Origin: Lama guanicoe | Lineage: Eukaryota | Assembly: GCA_013239625.1 (NCBI GenBank) | Contig: MU053934.1 | Span: forward strand, 11,075,003-11,139,002 | Length of the DNA: 64,000 nt | Direction: 5' to 3' | Shown here: positions 1 through 12,349 of the stretch, piece after piece | How the letters are laid out: the number at the start of each line of letters is the position of its first letter | Position numbering within the stretch: the stretch's first letter is position 1 | The notes under the pieces: model-generated | What the model was told of the DNA's origin: nothing | What the model saw: only the letters and a program-made list of their open reading frames with translations | The model's database searches: none | Position numbers and translations under genes: made by a program

Positions 1-274
1 CTCTGATCCCCACACACCCCTCCCATCCACCTCCAACCGGGGCCCCCACCCCAGGCATGGTTCCCACCCAGGCTCCTGGGAGCAGCCCCAGCACAGAGCA
101 TGTGCTCAGAGTCTGGAGGGAGAAGTGAGCCCAGGGTAGTGAGAGCGAGGGACAGGCTCTGGAGGCAGGGAGAGAGGAGGACGGATACCGGTGACTCAGA
201 CGGAGAGGCCAGGCCTCCCAGGGAAGCACAGCCGGGTGCTGCCTGCCTGGGCATGGCGGAGGGGGTGGGGGGTG

Positions 275-350
275 NNNNNNNNNNNNNNNNNNNNNNNNNN
301 NNNNNNNNNNNNNNNNNNNNNNNNNNNNNNNNNNNNNNNNNNNNNNNNNN
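275..350. other. Assembly gap (76 N) next to a G-rich run
   Basis: Run of N at 275-350 preceded by gggggtggggggtg. Confidence 0.99.
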
Positions 351-3300
351 GGAGGACTTCCCACGGCCACGCAGCTGTGAAGGGGACCCGGGATGCTAAT
401 CTCACGGCCATACTGTTTCCCTCTGCTGCTGCTGGCCGGCCAGCACATCTCCACACGACTCCTTATTTAGTCACTAAGCAGCGTCCTGAAGGGGCCTCAG
501 GAGCCACCCAGTTCCTAAAATGTTCCCTGCACGTCCTTTCCAGTTCAGATCAAAGGTTGCAACCCTGCTGCTCAGTTCAGTTCAGGGTTCGTGGCTCTGA
601 CGGGCTCTCAAACAGAGGAGAGTGGCAGGGCTGGTCTGGGGCTGCAGGTGGCCAGGAGCCAGCATGGGTCCCAGGGAGTCGTGGACCAGGTGGCCAAGCC
701 AGGTGAGTCAGAACCACAGACCAGGAGACAGGCCCCTGGGAGCTGAGCTAGGGGGCTGGATGGGAACGGGGCCGGATACCAAGATGCAGAAGCGCCAACA
801 CCTGACCTTTTACCCGCGATGCCCTCAACACCCCCCACCCCCACAAACCTCCTCTCTTCCAGAAGTGATTGGCCAAGTTGTTTCCATGTTTCTTTGCAGC
901 TGCTCACCCTCCTGGCTCCTCCCAGGGCAGTGATGCCCCGCACTCCCTCCGTCTAATCTCAGCCAGGGGAACCACCGAGAGCCCCACAGAGATGGTCTGA
1001 GAGCACAGAACGGCAGGGCCAGCTTCCCCTACAACTTGACCAGTGCTGGAAACCCTCAATGCCCGGGCTTGGATGAGGACCTGGAAGATGTTGTAACCCA
1101 CTCTTGCCAAGTCAGGAAACCCTAACAGCTCAGACTCGAGGGAGCCGCAGCAGAAGCAGAGCCTGGGTTGTCCTGCTTTGAGGACCCGAGACCCAGGGCA
1201 CCCCAGCTTCAGTATCCTGTCGGAAACGTGGGGCGAGCGGAAGCAGCCCACACCGTCGGCTGGCTGGTGTGAGGATGGTGGGGAGGCACCTGTGGGGCCC
1301 TGGACACCATCTTGGTGGCCGCCGTAGGTGCCAGCCTCCACCCCTGTCGGCATCATGGCCACAGCACCGTCCTTGTCACCCGTTCTCTCTTTCCTCCCTG
1401 GTTCCTTCCACTTGATGGTTTATCTTCACATTGAACCAAGGTCACCCACAGGCTGTGCGGGGAACCGAACCTGGGGTGTTCTCCGCCCTCCTGAAACACA
1501 TGAGCCACGTGTTGAACTAAGATCGTGGTCAGCACCTCGGCCAGCTCCCCCGGCCGCGTGGTCCTCTGCGCCTGTCTTTAGAACCACCGCCAGGCACAGC
1601 TGGCCCTCCGCGCACCTGCGCCGCGGGACAGCCTTGTCCCCACCACTCTGCCTGTGCCAGGTGGAGTCCGCCCTCACCTGCTCCCTCCAGTGCGTTCCTG
1701 CGTGGGCCGTTTCTGCCCCTTGGCCACAAGTGCCCCACGAGGGCCTCAGCTGCATGCTGCGAGCACAGTGCCTCCGCCAGCTCTGGCGGGCCCGGTGCTT
1801 CCAAAACAAGATGGGAAAAGGCAGGTCAGGCACGGCGGACCCCGGAGGTGCTGCCGGGTCCCCGGCAAGAGCGGGCGTGCCACCCGCTTCCTGGAGTGCC
1901 CCCTGCACCCCACCTGCATCAGCCCCCTCGGTGCTGAGCGGGGCAGCAAGGGGGCCCGCATCCTGCCACCTCTCCTTCCCTCGACCCAGCGCCCCTCCTC
2001 CCCTTCACCCACGTGGTCCCCAAGGGCAGAGCGCAAACATCCACGTGCCAAACCGCATCTCCGCCTGCTGTCAGGGGACTCGAATCTGCAAAGGTGGGGG
2101 AAGGAAGGGACGAGCAACGTCAGCAGGGCAAGAGTTGTCACGCTTATTTTAAATGAGGAAAATCAGACGCAGAAATAGCTACCTTGGTCAAGGATCACCG
2201 TAATGATTCGAGGAAGCCACTAGGAGCTGTCTTCCTAACTGCAAGATGGCACCGCAGGACGGTGACAGCGGCTGGGCGGGGAGCTGCTGAGAGGCGCTGC
2301 TGTGCCCCAGACAGCGCCGCCCGTCAGACCCCCGCGGCAGCCGCAGAGAGCCACGTCTTCCCCGCCGGCCTTCCGTCGTGTGCCCAGACCTCCCGAAGAT
2401 TAAGGAAAGTTTACTCCCTCACTCGTAGCCTGAGAGCTGCCTCTGCAAAGCCGGGGTGAGGACAGGTGGTTTTCTCCCCAGAAATAGGTCTTTTCTCCTT
2501 GGGAACCATTTTTACCGAAGCCATCGGGGTGACAAGGAGCTGGATGTGTTCAGACGCGTCCCCGAGGCTCAGGCTTCTCAGCGACAGCTGCCTCCTAGGG
2601 AGGCACGAGTCTCTCCTTGGAAGTCTTCACCGCAGCCTCACGGGTCCCACCCGCTCCCCGGACCCCTCCTTCCTGTGAGCGGATGCACCCTTCATTACGA
2701 TCCTCGGCAGTGGCGGAAATGTTACGGGGGAAGAAAAGCTGTTGACAATTTTATTTTTAAAAGTAACTAAGAATAGGGTGAACCTTGTAAAAATAGCAAG
2801 TCTGCAAACAGGACTGCGCCCAAGGCCAAGTTCTCCTTCTGAAAAATCAGCGTTCGGCGTTTAACAAGAAAGGGGATCAAGGCTTAGCCTCGCGCACAGT
2901 CATGGAGGTCTCGGGGACAAGGACGGAAACTAGGACGTGGGTCCGGCCTGCGCCACCACTGGGCGGGGGCTTGGGCAGCCCCACCCCCACCCTTCAGAGC
3001 ACAAAGGCTCACCTGGTCTGCCTGGATTAGCTCCACACGTCACCTGACGACACGGAAACATCCTTGAGATCATCTTTCGCATTATCAGAGTTTCCTTTGA
3101 AACTCGAATTTTTAATTGGGAGGAACTTGGGTGTTTCCGTCACGGCTCTTGGTTCACCTCTGACCCCTGGCTGGCAGGGCCGGAAGCTGCAGGGCAAAGA
3201 TCTTCCCCCCAGTGGCCTGAAACAGGAGAGACTGACTCAGAGCAGAAGCCCCAGCACCGGAAGGGATCAGGTGCCGGCGAGTGGGGCTCTGCAGGGCACC

Positions 3301-5244
3301 TGCTGGAGGCTGGGATGATGCCAGCTTGGGGGTCCTCTGGGCCCTGCCCGCCCCCGAGTCCTGAGCAGGTGGAGTCCTGGGGCGGGTTCCAGGGTCAGCA
3401 CTCTGCCCTGGCAGGCGCCCCGTAAACAAGGCTCGAGTGTGCACACGTCACTCTCGCGGTCCTGCACAGCCGCAGTAAGCCCCGAGTCGCTCTGGGAAGT
3501 CGTGAGTAAGTCTTGCAGATCTTGAAGAGTCAGAAAGGCCAGATGAGGCTGAGTCGAGATGGGTCTAAGCGGCAGGCACAGGGGCGGAGGCTGCAGGCTC
3601 ACATCCTGAGATCTCCCACGGGCCGCACCTGAGACCCGCCAGCGACGGGCCATCAGGAGGAGGAGGGACATGAGAAGCGCCCCCTGCTCTGCACCAGCCC
3701 CGCGAGCAAGGAGGTCCCTAAGTCCACGCTGTCTTCAAGGAGCACAGAGTTTGGGGGGGACTGCAGGTGTAAAATCACTAGAGACAGATGTAAGACCTGC
3801 TTCTGTTGACAACCATAATTGTAGCATTTGTTCACGGAGCATCTAGAGGGCGCCTACTGTATACCAGGGTCAGGGATGCGTCCTGAGGTCGCAGAGATGG
3901 ACCTGGAGGAGGGAGTCAGGATGTGGCAATGCCGTGTGGCCGGAGCCATAACCCAGACGTGCACCACAGCAGCCCCCGGGAGAGACCGGACTGGGAGGGG
4001 CCGCTCCTGTGATCCGGGACACCAGCTCTGGACAGAGCCTGAAGCGCCGTCCGTGATCCCCGGGATCCAGTCCCAGGGACAGAGGCGACTTTCCCCGGGT
4101 GTAGCATCAGGCCCCCCACTAGGCTCTCTGGTGGACTTCCAGAAGCAGAGCATGAAGTCCGGAACAGGCCCAGGTTAGAGACATTTCTCTACCGCAGATC
4201 AGATGTGGGTCTTCAAGATGGAGCTTCTGATGAAGAGGAAGAAACACCAAGGTGTGAATAAACCAAAATTCCAGGAAGCACCCCCACACTCCGCCCTCCC
4301 GAGGCTGGGCCCCAGATGCCCCCTTCTTCTGGTCCCCGGGCAGGTCTGACCACTCCCTGCCAGGGGGAGGGCCCTGAGTCAACAGACCACAGGTCTGTGG
4401 GCAGCACCCCCGTCTCCCTGGGGTCCCCTCCCCACCCGTGCTGCCAGCCACCTCCCACCCGCTAACACCTGTGTCTTCGGAGGGGGCCCCGGACTGCAGA
4501 GCCCCATATCCCAACGCTTGGCAGGACGAGTGCCAGCAAGCGGCATGCCGCCACGCTGCTCGCCCAGGGCCAGCGTGAGCCTGCACCGGTGGGCACAGAC
4601 GTGTGAGTGCCCCGGCTTGCCTGTCTTGAAGCTCAGGAGGTCCAAGCTCCTGCTGTTTGCTTCCCCCCACCACCTCCTCCCACCTGGCTCTCTCCACTCT
4701 GAGCACCTCCCGCCTCCCTGCCCTCGACTCTTGGCTCAGAGTCTGCTCCCGGGGAAAGGTGTCTGGGACACAGAGTCCCCTTCTGGGCCCGACTGCCTCA
4801 TCTCCGTCATCTCTGCTGCCAGGAGAAACACACGCTCTTCCAAACCAATAGTAGGGGGCCGCAGGGCTGTGTCTCCCTTGAGCAGGCAGGTTTTCTGCAC
4901 ACCAGGCTGCAGCCTGGTCCCCAGAAAGAACACATGTTCAAGCTTTTCACATATTAATTCTGGGACCTCGGCGAGCCCTCTAACCCCCAAGGGCGAGTCC
5001 TTCATCTCTGAGAGGAGATCGTTGCACCAGCCTACCCAGGCGACACGATGTGTGTCAAATGTGTCTGTCGTCTGGTTGCTGCAAAGAGAGACAGCAGTCA
5101 CCCCTCTGCATTCATCCTGGTCCTGGTCCTCGGGGCTCTAGGATTCCTCAAAGCTGCCCACAAGCCCTGCCTGGGCTCATCATTCTCCATCCACAGAGCC
5201 ACGGCTGTCCTGACCACAGACACTGACGCGCAGACCTTGCTGAA

Positions 5245-5445
5245 GCCCTACTGTATGCAGCTGTGTTTTAGACACTGTGCAAAGTCACTCATTCTGGGCT
5301 CTGAAGTGGCTGCAAAATCATCCTCCAGTTCCAAATGAGGGGGCTGAGGCACAGAGAGGTTTTGTAACTCACCAGAGGTCACACAGCTAAGAGTGAAGAT
5401 CCGGGCTCAGGTCCAGACATTTGGCTTCCGTTGTCCGAGCTCTCA
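5245..5445 (-). mobile_element. MIR SINE fragment
   Basis: aaatgagggggctgaggcacagagaggttttgtaactcaccagaggtcacacagctaag resembles the reverse complement of the MIR core. Confidence 0.8.
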
Positions 5446-5641
5446 GACCCCCTGTCTGAGTCCAGGGCCTGCCCACTGGCTTAGTAACCCCTCGAGAGGC
5501 CAATGACAGAGCAGAGTAACTGGATCGCAGGCTAGGCTAACTCCTCTGCTTGCTGCCATCGCACCCCGAGCACGGCGCTCTGAGGCAGTCTGGCGTTATG
5601 ACTCGCTAGCACCGAGACTGTATCAAATCAGCCCTACTTAC

Positions 5642-5663
5642 CAAAAATACGCCTTGTGTCCAT
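5642..5663 (-). CDS. Putative first coding exon segment (MDTRRIF + 1 nt, phase-1 intron) of an unidentified gene
   Basis: Minus strand reads ggcaatATGGACACAAGGCGTATTTTTG|GTAAGT: A at -3, G at +4, perfect donor; no upstream ATG between it and the putative TSS; no downstream exon identified. Confidence 0.45.
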
Positions 5664-5809
5664 ATTGCCTGTCGCACCGAGCGAGGAGCTGCCAGGGACA
5701 ACAGCGCCTGGCTCTCGCAGCCCGGGAGCTGGCACGGGGTCCGCCGCGGTCTGGAGGGCTCGGTGGACGGCGGGGCTGACACGTGCGTGTCAGAGGAACA
5801 GCCCACGTC

Positions 5810-5900
5810 CCCAGTACTGAAGAGGGGGCTCCACGTCGGTTATAAGCAAGGAGACCAGCAGAGACAGAGAGGAAGGACAGGCGGAGAGGAAGTAACAGAT
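5810..5900 (-). promoter_or_regulatory. Putative core promoter: TATAA (5844-5840), Inr-like TCAGT (A at 5818), upstream ETS-like GAGGAAGT
   Basis: TATA lies about 26-30 nt upstream of the Inr-like pyrimidine-purine sites at 5818-5815; local sequence is CpG-rich and leads into the exon above. Confidence 0.4.
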
Positions 5901-8129
5901 TCCACACTGTCCTTAAAGAGCGGGGACGGCAGCTGGGGGAGCCTGCACCGGAGCCTGGAGCAGCTCCGCCCGTCCCGCCGCCTCCCCCGCGGGCCCGAGC
6001 AGCCCGGACGACACCGATAATGAACACGCGGTTCAAGGTCCAGGAACAGGAAGACAAGACCAGGGAAGTGAGGCCGCGGACGCTCGCTAAGCGCCTACTG
6101 TGTGCGGGGCGCAGCCCAGCGCCACTCCCGTCCCTGACGCCGGCCTCAACTCATCCCAGCAGGCGAGACTGGGCAGCCCGCCTTCACACCACAGGAGAGT
6201 GCGTGTCCGGGAGGCGAGTCCCCCCCGGGGCCGTGCCGCGCACGCCCTCTGCGGTCCTGCCACCTCTGGCTCCGCGCCCAGGTCTCTCCTGACCCAGGCT
6301 GTCTGCCAGGGTTTTGGGACTGCGGACAGGGTGACAGCACCAGGGCTTCCCGGGGCTCTGAGCGGCCAGCAGAGACCCGTGAGCTAAGCATCCCTGGCGT
6401 GTTGCTGTGTTACCTCCAGGCAGGACAGGTGGGCCTGGGCCAGGCCCGGGGGCCTGCGAAACATCGCCAGGGAGTGTGGACCCCAGAAGGCTCCTTGCAG
6501 AGGGGGCAGCATCAGGTCAGTGCCCCACAATGGGGAGCATGTCACGCTGCGGGGCGTGTGTGGCGTGTGCTGGAGACAGACAGAGGACGGGGGAAGCCAG
6601 GCCAGCCTGGCCCCCAGACCACTCACCCCAGCCTAGGGGCACCGCTGGACACCGTGCGACGTGAACGGAGAGCTTTCCCTGGTGTGCTGCCAGCAGGGAC
6701 GGAAGGATGCTCCCCAGCAGTGGGGGCAGCTCCGGGCGAGCAGGCTGACAGGAGGGGGCGCCCCTGCAGCCGTACAGTTGTCTCCATCTCGGTCAGCCCC
6801 AGCCACAGGGCCAGGGCTGTGGGCTCGCAGCAGCCTGGACCTTCTGGAGCTCAGAGGTCACGCACTCCAGCCGCCTGCCTGACCCGCAAGCGAAACCACG
6901 GCTCTGGGAGTGAAGCGGCCACTGGATCACTCCCTCCCGTCCCTAGGTGTCTACAGCCAGGACCCTTGAGGCCTCCTGTTGACAAGGCCTCACCCAGAGC
7001 CACACAGACTGAGGACCAGGCTGCAGGGGGTCCGCCACATGCCCCCACCACCACCACTGAGCCGGGGAGCAGACAGTCATGCACCCTCCCCAGCTCTGCT
7101 TGCAGTGGGGCAAAGAGCTGTCACCAGCCCCAGGGCCACAAGGGCACAGGAGGACACATCACAGGGCAGGGGGGTCCGCCTCCGACCCCGGCTCGTGGCC
7201 GCCTGTGCCTTCTCTGACGTGAGTGCTGAGGCTGGGCCTGGAAACGCCTGGAGCAGCTCTGGGACTCCGCCCGAGACCGTGGTGGCTGGAAATGCATCCA
7301 GTCTCTGGGGGAAAGAGAGCACGGGGAGGCCCTCAGGCCCACAGGCCCCACGGGCCGTCCGGACCGAACCGTCTCCGGGATGCGCCTGTGTTTTGACGTA
7401 ATCGTCTTTCTCCTCTGAAACACAGCTCAGGTTCTCCTGATCAGCAGACAAACGAAACTCAGCACCTGGGGAAGGGGGTGGGGGTGCGGGGAGCAAGTCG
7501 CGGTTAACAGGAGCAGGGTCGGGGAGCCACACTGACACCGCGTGAGGGGGCAGTTATGCCCACGTGTCGGAAACCCTGGTGCCGTGAAGTGCTGAAGCTT
7601 CAGGAAACGTGAGACGCGCTCCCTGCGAAAGAAGCCGTGCCAGCTTCGTTTTTGTTTCTGAAACATACATAAGATTCGGCGGAAATACTTGAAAAGCAGT
7701 ACTCGTGCACGCACGTGTGCAGGGCGTCCTTTGAGAACGACCGTTACTACAGACGCCCTGCTGGTCCCTGGGCCTCCAGCCCGCGGTCACCAGGCAGCGC
7801 CTGATGCGGACACGTGGGCTCGCTCCCCGGGGCGGCCCCAAGCCAGCCCCCCCATCACTGTGCGTTTTCCACCCTAACCTGCCTCCTTCTCCCACTTCAG
7901 CCAGTTTTGTGCTGTTAGTCAATATTCTTTCAGTTTATGCTACATTTTTGCTGGAGAGTCTTATTCCTAATGGCTGTGGCTCACATAAGGAAATTTTACA
8001 TAAAAACTTTATATAAAAACAAAGGGAAGCTTCACATGAGAAACACCGATTTGTTCTCCACGCACACTACCACTGCGCTCACCCTGGGGGAGGGGGATGA
8101 GGCTGGGAAAGGTGGCTGGAGTGTCCTGC

Positions 8130-8540
8130 ACAGATGGTGGTTCCTTACTCTCTCATGTGAGGAAGGGTGTGGGACAGAAGGCCTACAGGGTAGGCCACCC
8201 AGGTTTTCTCTCCTCGTCCCAGAACTCAGGGCCTCCACTCCTAAGTTCACCTCATGCTACAAAATAGCTGCACCTGCTTCAGCCATCACATCTGCATTCC
8301 CACCAGCTGGAAAGAAGAAAAGGTGTGATAAGGCACACTTCCCTTTAAGGGGCTGTACACACCATCTTGGCCATTTTACTGGCCAAAACTTTGTCTCACA
8401 GCCACATCTAGCTGTAAGGGAGGTTGGGAAAAGAGGTCATACTTTGGGCAATCTTGAGCCCAGCTAAAATGTGGCGGTGCTATTATGAAAGAAGAGAGAG
8501 AAAATAGATGTTGGAGCAATCAGTAGTCTCTTTCACAACC
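8130..8540 (-). mobile_element. Old MaLR LTR (MLT1J/K-like)
   Basis: caaaatagctgcacctgcttcagccatcacatctgcattcc...ggccaaaactttgtctcacagccacatctagctgtaagggaggttgggaaa resembles reverse MLT1 consensus. Confidence 0.7.
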
Positions 8541-8624
8541 AGCAGTATGTATTAATGCCATGAATCCTCTAGACTTTGAATGCACTCAGTTAATTATGTT
8601 TCCTTTTTTGTGAATATGCTCTTT

Positions 8625-10000
8625 AAAATGAATACATTTTATTTCTGAGCGTGGTTTCAGTTTTACAGAACAACTGAACAGAAAGTGCACAGAGTTCCCA
8701 TGTATTACACACACACACACACACGCGCGCGCGCGCACACGGCTGTTTTCCCTTATTACTATCCTGTTGCCTTAAAGTGAAGTATTTCTTACAGTTGATG
8801 AACTAATATTGAAAAATCACTGTTAACTGAAGTCCATAGTTCAAACTAGGGTTCACGCTCTGTGTTATAATTTCTACGGGGTTTGGACAAACGCATGCTG
8901 ATGCGTACCCGCCATGACAGAGTCACACAGTAGTTTCATTGCCCTAACGGCCCTCTGTGTCCACCTCTTCACCTCCTCTCCTCCGGCCCCTGGCAACCAC
9001 TGACCCTTTTACTGTCTCCACAGTTTTGCCTTTTCCAGAAGGTCAGAGGGTCAGAATCACACTGTACGCAGCCTTTCCAGACTGGCTCCTTTCACTTAGT
9101 GACATTCACTGACGTTCCCTCCATGTCTTTTTATGACTTGATAGCTTGTTCCTTTTCAGTGCTGAGTAATATTCCACTGTCTGGATGGACCACAGTTTAT
9201 CCATTCATCTGCTGACACCTTAGGTACCTCCAGGCTCTGACGATTATGAATAAAGCTGCTAAAAACATCCATTTGCAGGTTTTTGTGTGGACATAACTGG
9301 AAAGGCTGCATACAGTGTGATGGCTGGATCACTGGATCGTGTAGGAAGAGTGTGTCTTGCTTTCCAAGAGCCTCCAGTGGCTCCCGAGTGGCTGCAGAGT
9401 TCTGTGTTCCCACCGGCAGCGACTGGGGGTCCCTGCTGCACCACACCCTCGCCAGCGTGCAGTGCTGGTGGAGCTCTGGGTTTTCACCGTTCTGGCCGGT
9501 ATGTGTGGCATCTCCACGTTTTAATTCACAGTTTCCTAGTGCAATGTGCTTGTGTGCATCTGAATATCTTCTCTTGTGAGGTTTCTCTTCAAATCTTTTT
9601 CTCACACTTTAATTGCATTTATTCCTTGTTATTGGGTTTTAATAGTTCTTTGTAGAGTCTGGACGTGCAGGTCCTTCCTCAGACATGCACTCTGCAAGTA
9701 CCCCTTCCCAGCTGGAGGCTTGTCCCCCCTGTTCTCCTAGCAGTGGCTTCTGAAGAGCAGAAGTTTTAATTTTAATGAAGCCCAACTTAGCATTTTTTCT
9801 TCTTTCTCAGATCATGCTTTTGGTGTTACATCTAAAAACTCATTACTAAATCCAAGGTCACTCAGATTTTCCCTGTGTTATCACCTAGGAATTTAATACT
9901 TTGCATTTTACATTTAGCTCTATGATCTATTTTGAGTTAATTTTTGAGAAAGGTGGAAGGTCAGTGTCGAGATTCACTTTTTGCGTGTGTGTCTCCTTGT
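8625..10000 (-). mobile_element. L1 (L1MC-like) 3' UTR and ORF2 C-terminal remnant
   Basis: L1MC-type 3' UTR motifs (aagtccatagtt...agggttcac; cccctggcaaccactgacc); decayed peptide KVNLDTDLPPFSKINSK resembles L1 ORF2 KMNLDPYLTPYTKINSK. Confidence 0.9.
8707..8740. repeat. (CA)n(CG)n compound microsatellite
   Basis: acacacacacacacacacgcgcgcgcgcgcacac. Confidence 0.95.
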
Positions 10001-12349
10001 GAATATTTTTGTACCATGAAATATTAATTATGAGGACTGCAAAGAGACGGAAAGTACGACATAACGGTAAGTGGAAGGCGGCAGGCAAACCCGTGTCTGC
10101 AGTACTTCCAGGTGTGGACGCCGTGTCTGGATTAGTAGCGAAGGGGAAGGGAGCGAGGGAGGGGAGGAGGGCCCGAGACGGGGGCGGGGTGGGACGGCCA
10201 TGCAGCCAAGCCGCCACCCAGGGCCTCGGGGCCACACACCTGTGTCGTGGGCGGGGCAGGCGGAGCCTGGGCAGGGCCCGGAAGAGGGCCATCTGCTAAG
10301 CCACGGAGACTGGGGAGCGCCCAACAAACAGTGGGAAGGGAAGGGCTGGGAGCCACAGATGCTTCTGGAAGACAAGAACCCCCTGCAGGCCCTGAGCTCG
10401 GCAGAGCCGCCCTGGCCGTGGCGCCATCTCCCCGCGCCGTCAGTGATGCTCCAAGTGGTAGAAGCGGGCTGGAGCCGTGGTGCCCTGAGCTCCAGTGCGG
10501 GAGGATCTCAAAGTTGCAAACGGCAAGACCGACGAGAGCCCGACACGGTTTACCCGCCCACGGCTTTGGCCCCGAACTCCCACCTGAAGACCCTGGTCGT
10601 GGAGAAGGCGGCTTGGATGGTGCAAGATGAGGGTCCAGCTGGCCTGCATGGCCAGACCCACAGCAGGGCAGGCTCCCCTCCCCCCTCCCCTTGGGGCCCA
10701 CCCCCCCCAAGTCTGGAGGCCCGGACCAGCTGCTCCCCAGCTGGCATCTCACGCTTGCTGGCCAGCCCTCAATCCCCGCTCCTCCACCGAGGGTCAGCCT
10801 GTTGCCCCCAGATCCCAACGTGAAACCTCACAGCAGCCTCGGTGGCGCTCTGACTGCGAGCCCACGTGGAGGCTCCTACTCGTGGGCCGTCCTTGCGGGG
10901 AATCCTGGAGCCATCAGGGAAGGGAGGCGTCCCCTGGGCGTCGTGAACGTGCGGAGCAGCCGGCATCTGTGGGGCCCGAACGCACTTGTTCAAAATAAAA
11001 AGGTGCTGATGAGTATGTGCTATGGGCTTAATCCAATTAGGTGGTTTACTTAAAATAAGGCTTTGGGGGTGAGGACAGACATTAGCAGCGCACTTCTGGG
11101 CTACGGGGGAGCGTCTTCGCCCGGGGGAGCGTCTTCGCCCAGAGCTGCGTCGTCGCAGGCACCAGGCCCAGATACTGACCGATGCCCTGGATGTCCGCCC
11201 GCAACACAGAAGGCAGAGACATGGGTCCTCCCCGGTGGGCCAGCATGCGGGCTCGGAAACACCAGCTTCGTCCCTGTAAGGACTGCATGCACTGCGTTTC
11301 CCGGGGACCACCATGGAGTCCCGGGTCTGGCGGGGCATTAGGGGACTTCGGTTTGCTTTGTCTGGAGCACAGAGGGTGGAAGTGGTGATGGGAGGAAAAC
11401 CCAGAGGGAAGGTAAGTGCACGGTCCTGGCAGGAAGCTCCGGGTGCCTTGAGGAGGAGTGAGGACTTCGTCTCCAGACACAGCCCAGGACTGTCCCATAC
11501 ACAGTGCCAAAGGGCATCTTAGACCATCTGTCGTCTTTCCGCCATCCTCAGCATCATAGCCTCCCGGGGCTGCACTGGCCCCCGGACACCCAAAGCCAGT
11601 CTTACATCCAACCCAGGAACCCTCCAGATGAGCCCAGACAAGCGGACGGCCACCTTCTGCCCAAGTCGCCCGTGACGCGGGGCCTGCTGGCTGCCCAGCT
11701 CATCTGTACTGTTCCACAAGTCACGATGTTCTTTTTATATTAATCGGAACCTGTTGTCCTGACGCTTCCATCTGTCAAAGCTGTGTCTCTTCCCCACAGC
11801 CAGCCACAGAGAACAGATCTGTTCCCTCGTCCTCGGGAGAGAGGACAGACCCTTGTTTGTCTGAAAGCAGCTCTCATGTCCCTGAACCTGCCACCGCCTG
11901 TGCAACCTTAGGAGAAAAACTGCCACTGAAGAGGCACCCACCACTTGTCAAGCATTTTATTTGGGTCAAAACACAGTGACCCCCATTTAGATTCCCATTC
12001 TTGCCGATGGGCGGAGGGAAGGGGCCGTGGCACACAGGTAGGTGGGCGCAGGGCAGGGGGGGAGGATGGCGGGTGGATGGATGGGTTCAGGGGGATAACG
12101 GCTCAGCCACGGTCCACAGGAAGAAGGGGGAGCTGATACAAACTCAGGCTGTTTAGCTCTGAAGGCCCCCTTCCGCCAGGGCTGCAGAGTGTTGGCCTCT
12201 CTTAGGGGCTGAACACCCCTAGTCCCATCAGCGCCCCAGGGGAACAGGCGCCCAGGCCCTTGCCCCACCATCAGCCCCTTCTGCGGAAAGGCACCCCTGC
12301 ACCTCTTTCCTCTTCTGTGTCTGCTAGAAAGGCGTTCAGGTCAAACAAC

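Larger units (their letters stand above)
5560..6300. promoter_or_regulatory. CpG-rich segment around the putative promoter
   Basis: Visibly dense CG dinucleotides (e.g. ccgcccgtcccgccgcctcccccgcgggcccgagc); CpG observed/expected not computed. Confidence 0.4.

Noticed and set aside
1328..2152. 274-aa ORF and other long ORFs (6399-7217, 10071-10823, 47246-47977, 59106-59915)
   Set aside because: Pro/Gly/Ala/Arg-rich, overlapping on both strands, often non-ATG starts, no recognisable domain; expected in GC-rich DNA where stop codons are scarce
5037..5078. Possible exon 2 for the minus-strand gene (acceptor ctgtctctctttgcag)
   Set aside because: Weak donor and unrecognisable peptide; no supporting evidence
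11105..11140. 18-bp duplicated motif gggggagcgtcttcgccc
   Set aside because: Two-copy slippage duplication with no further structure
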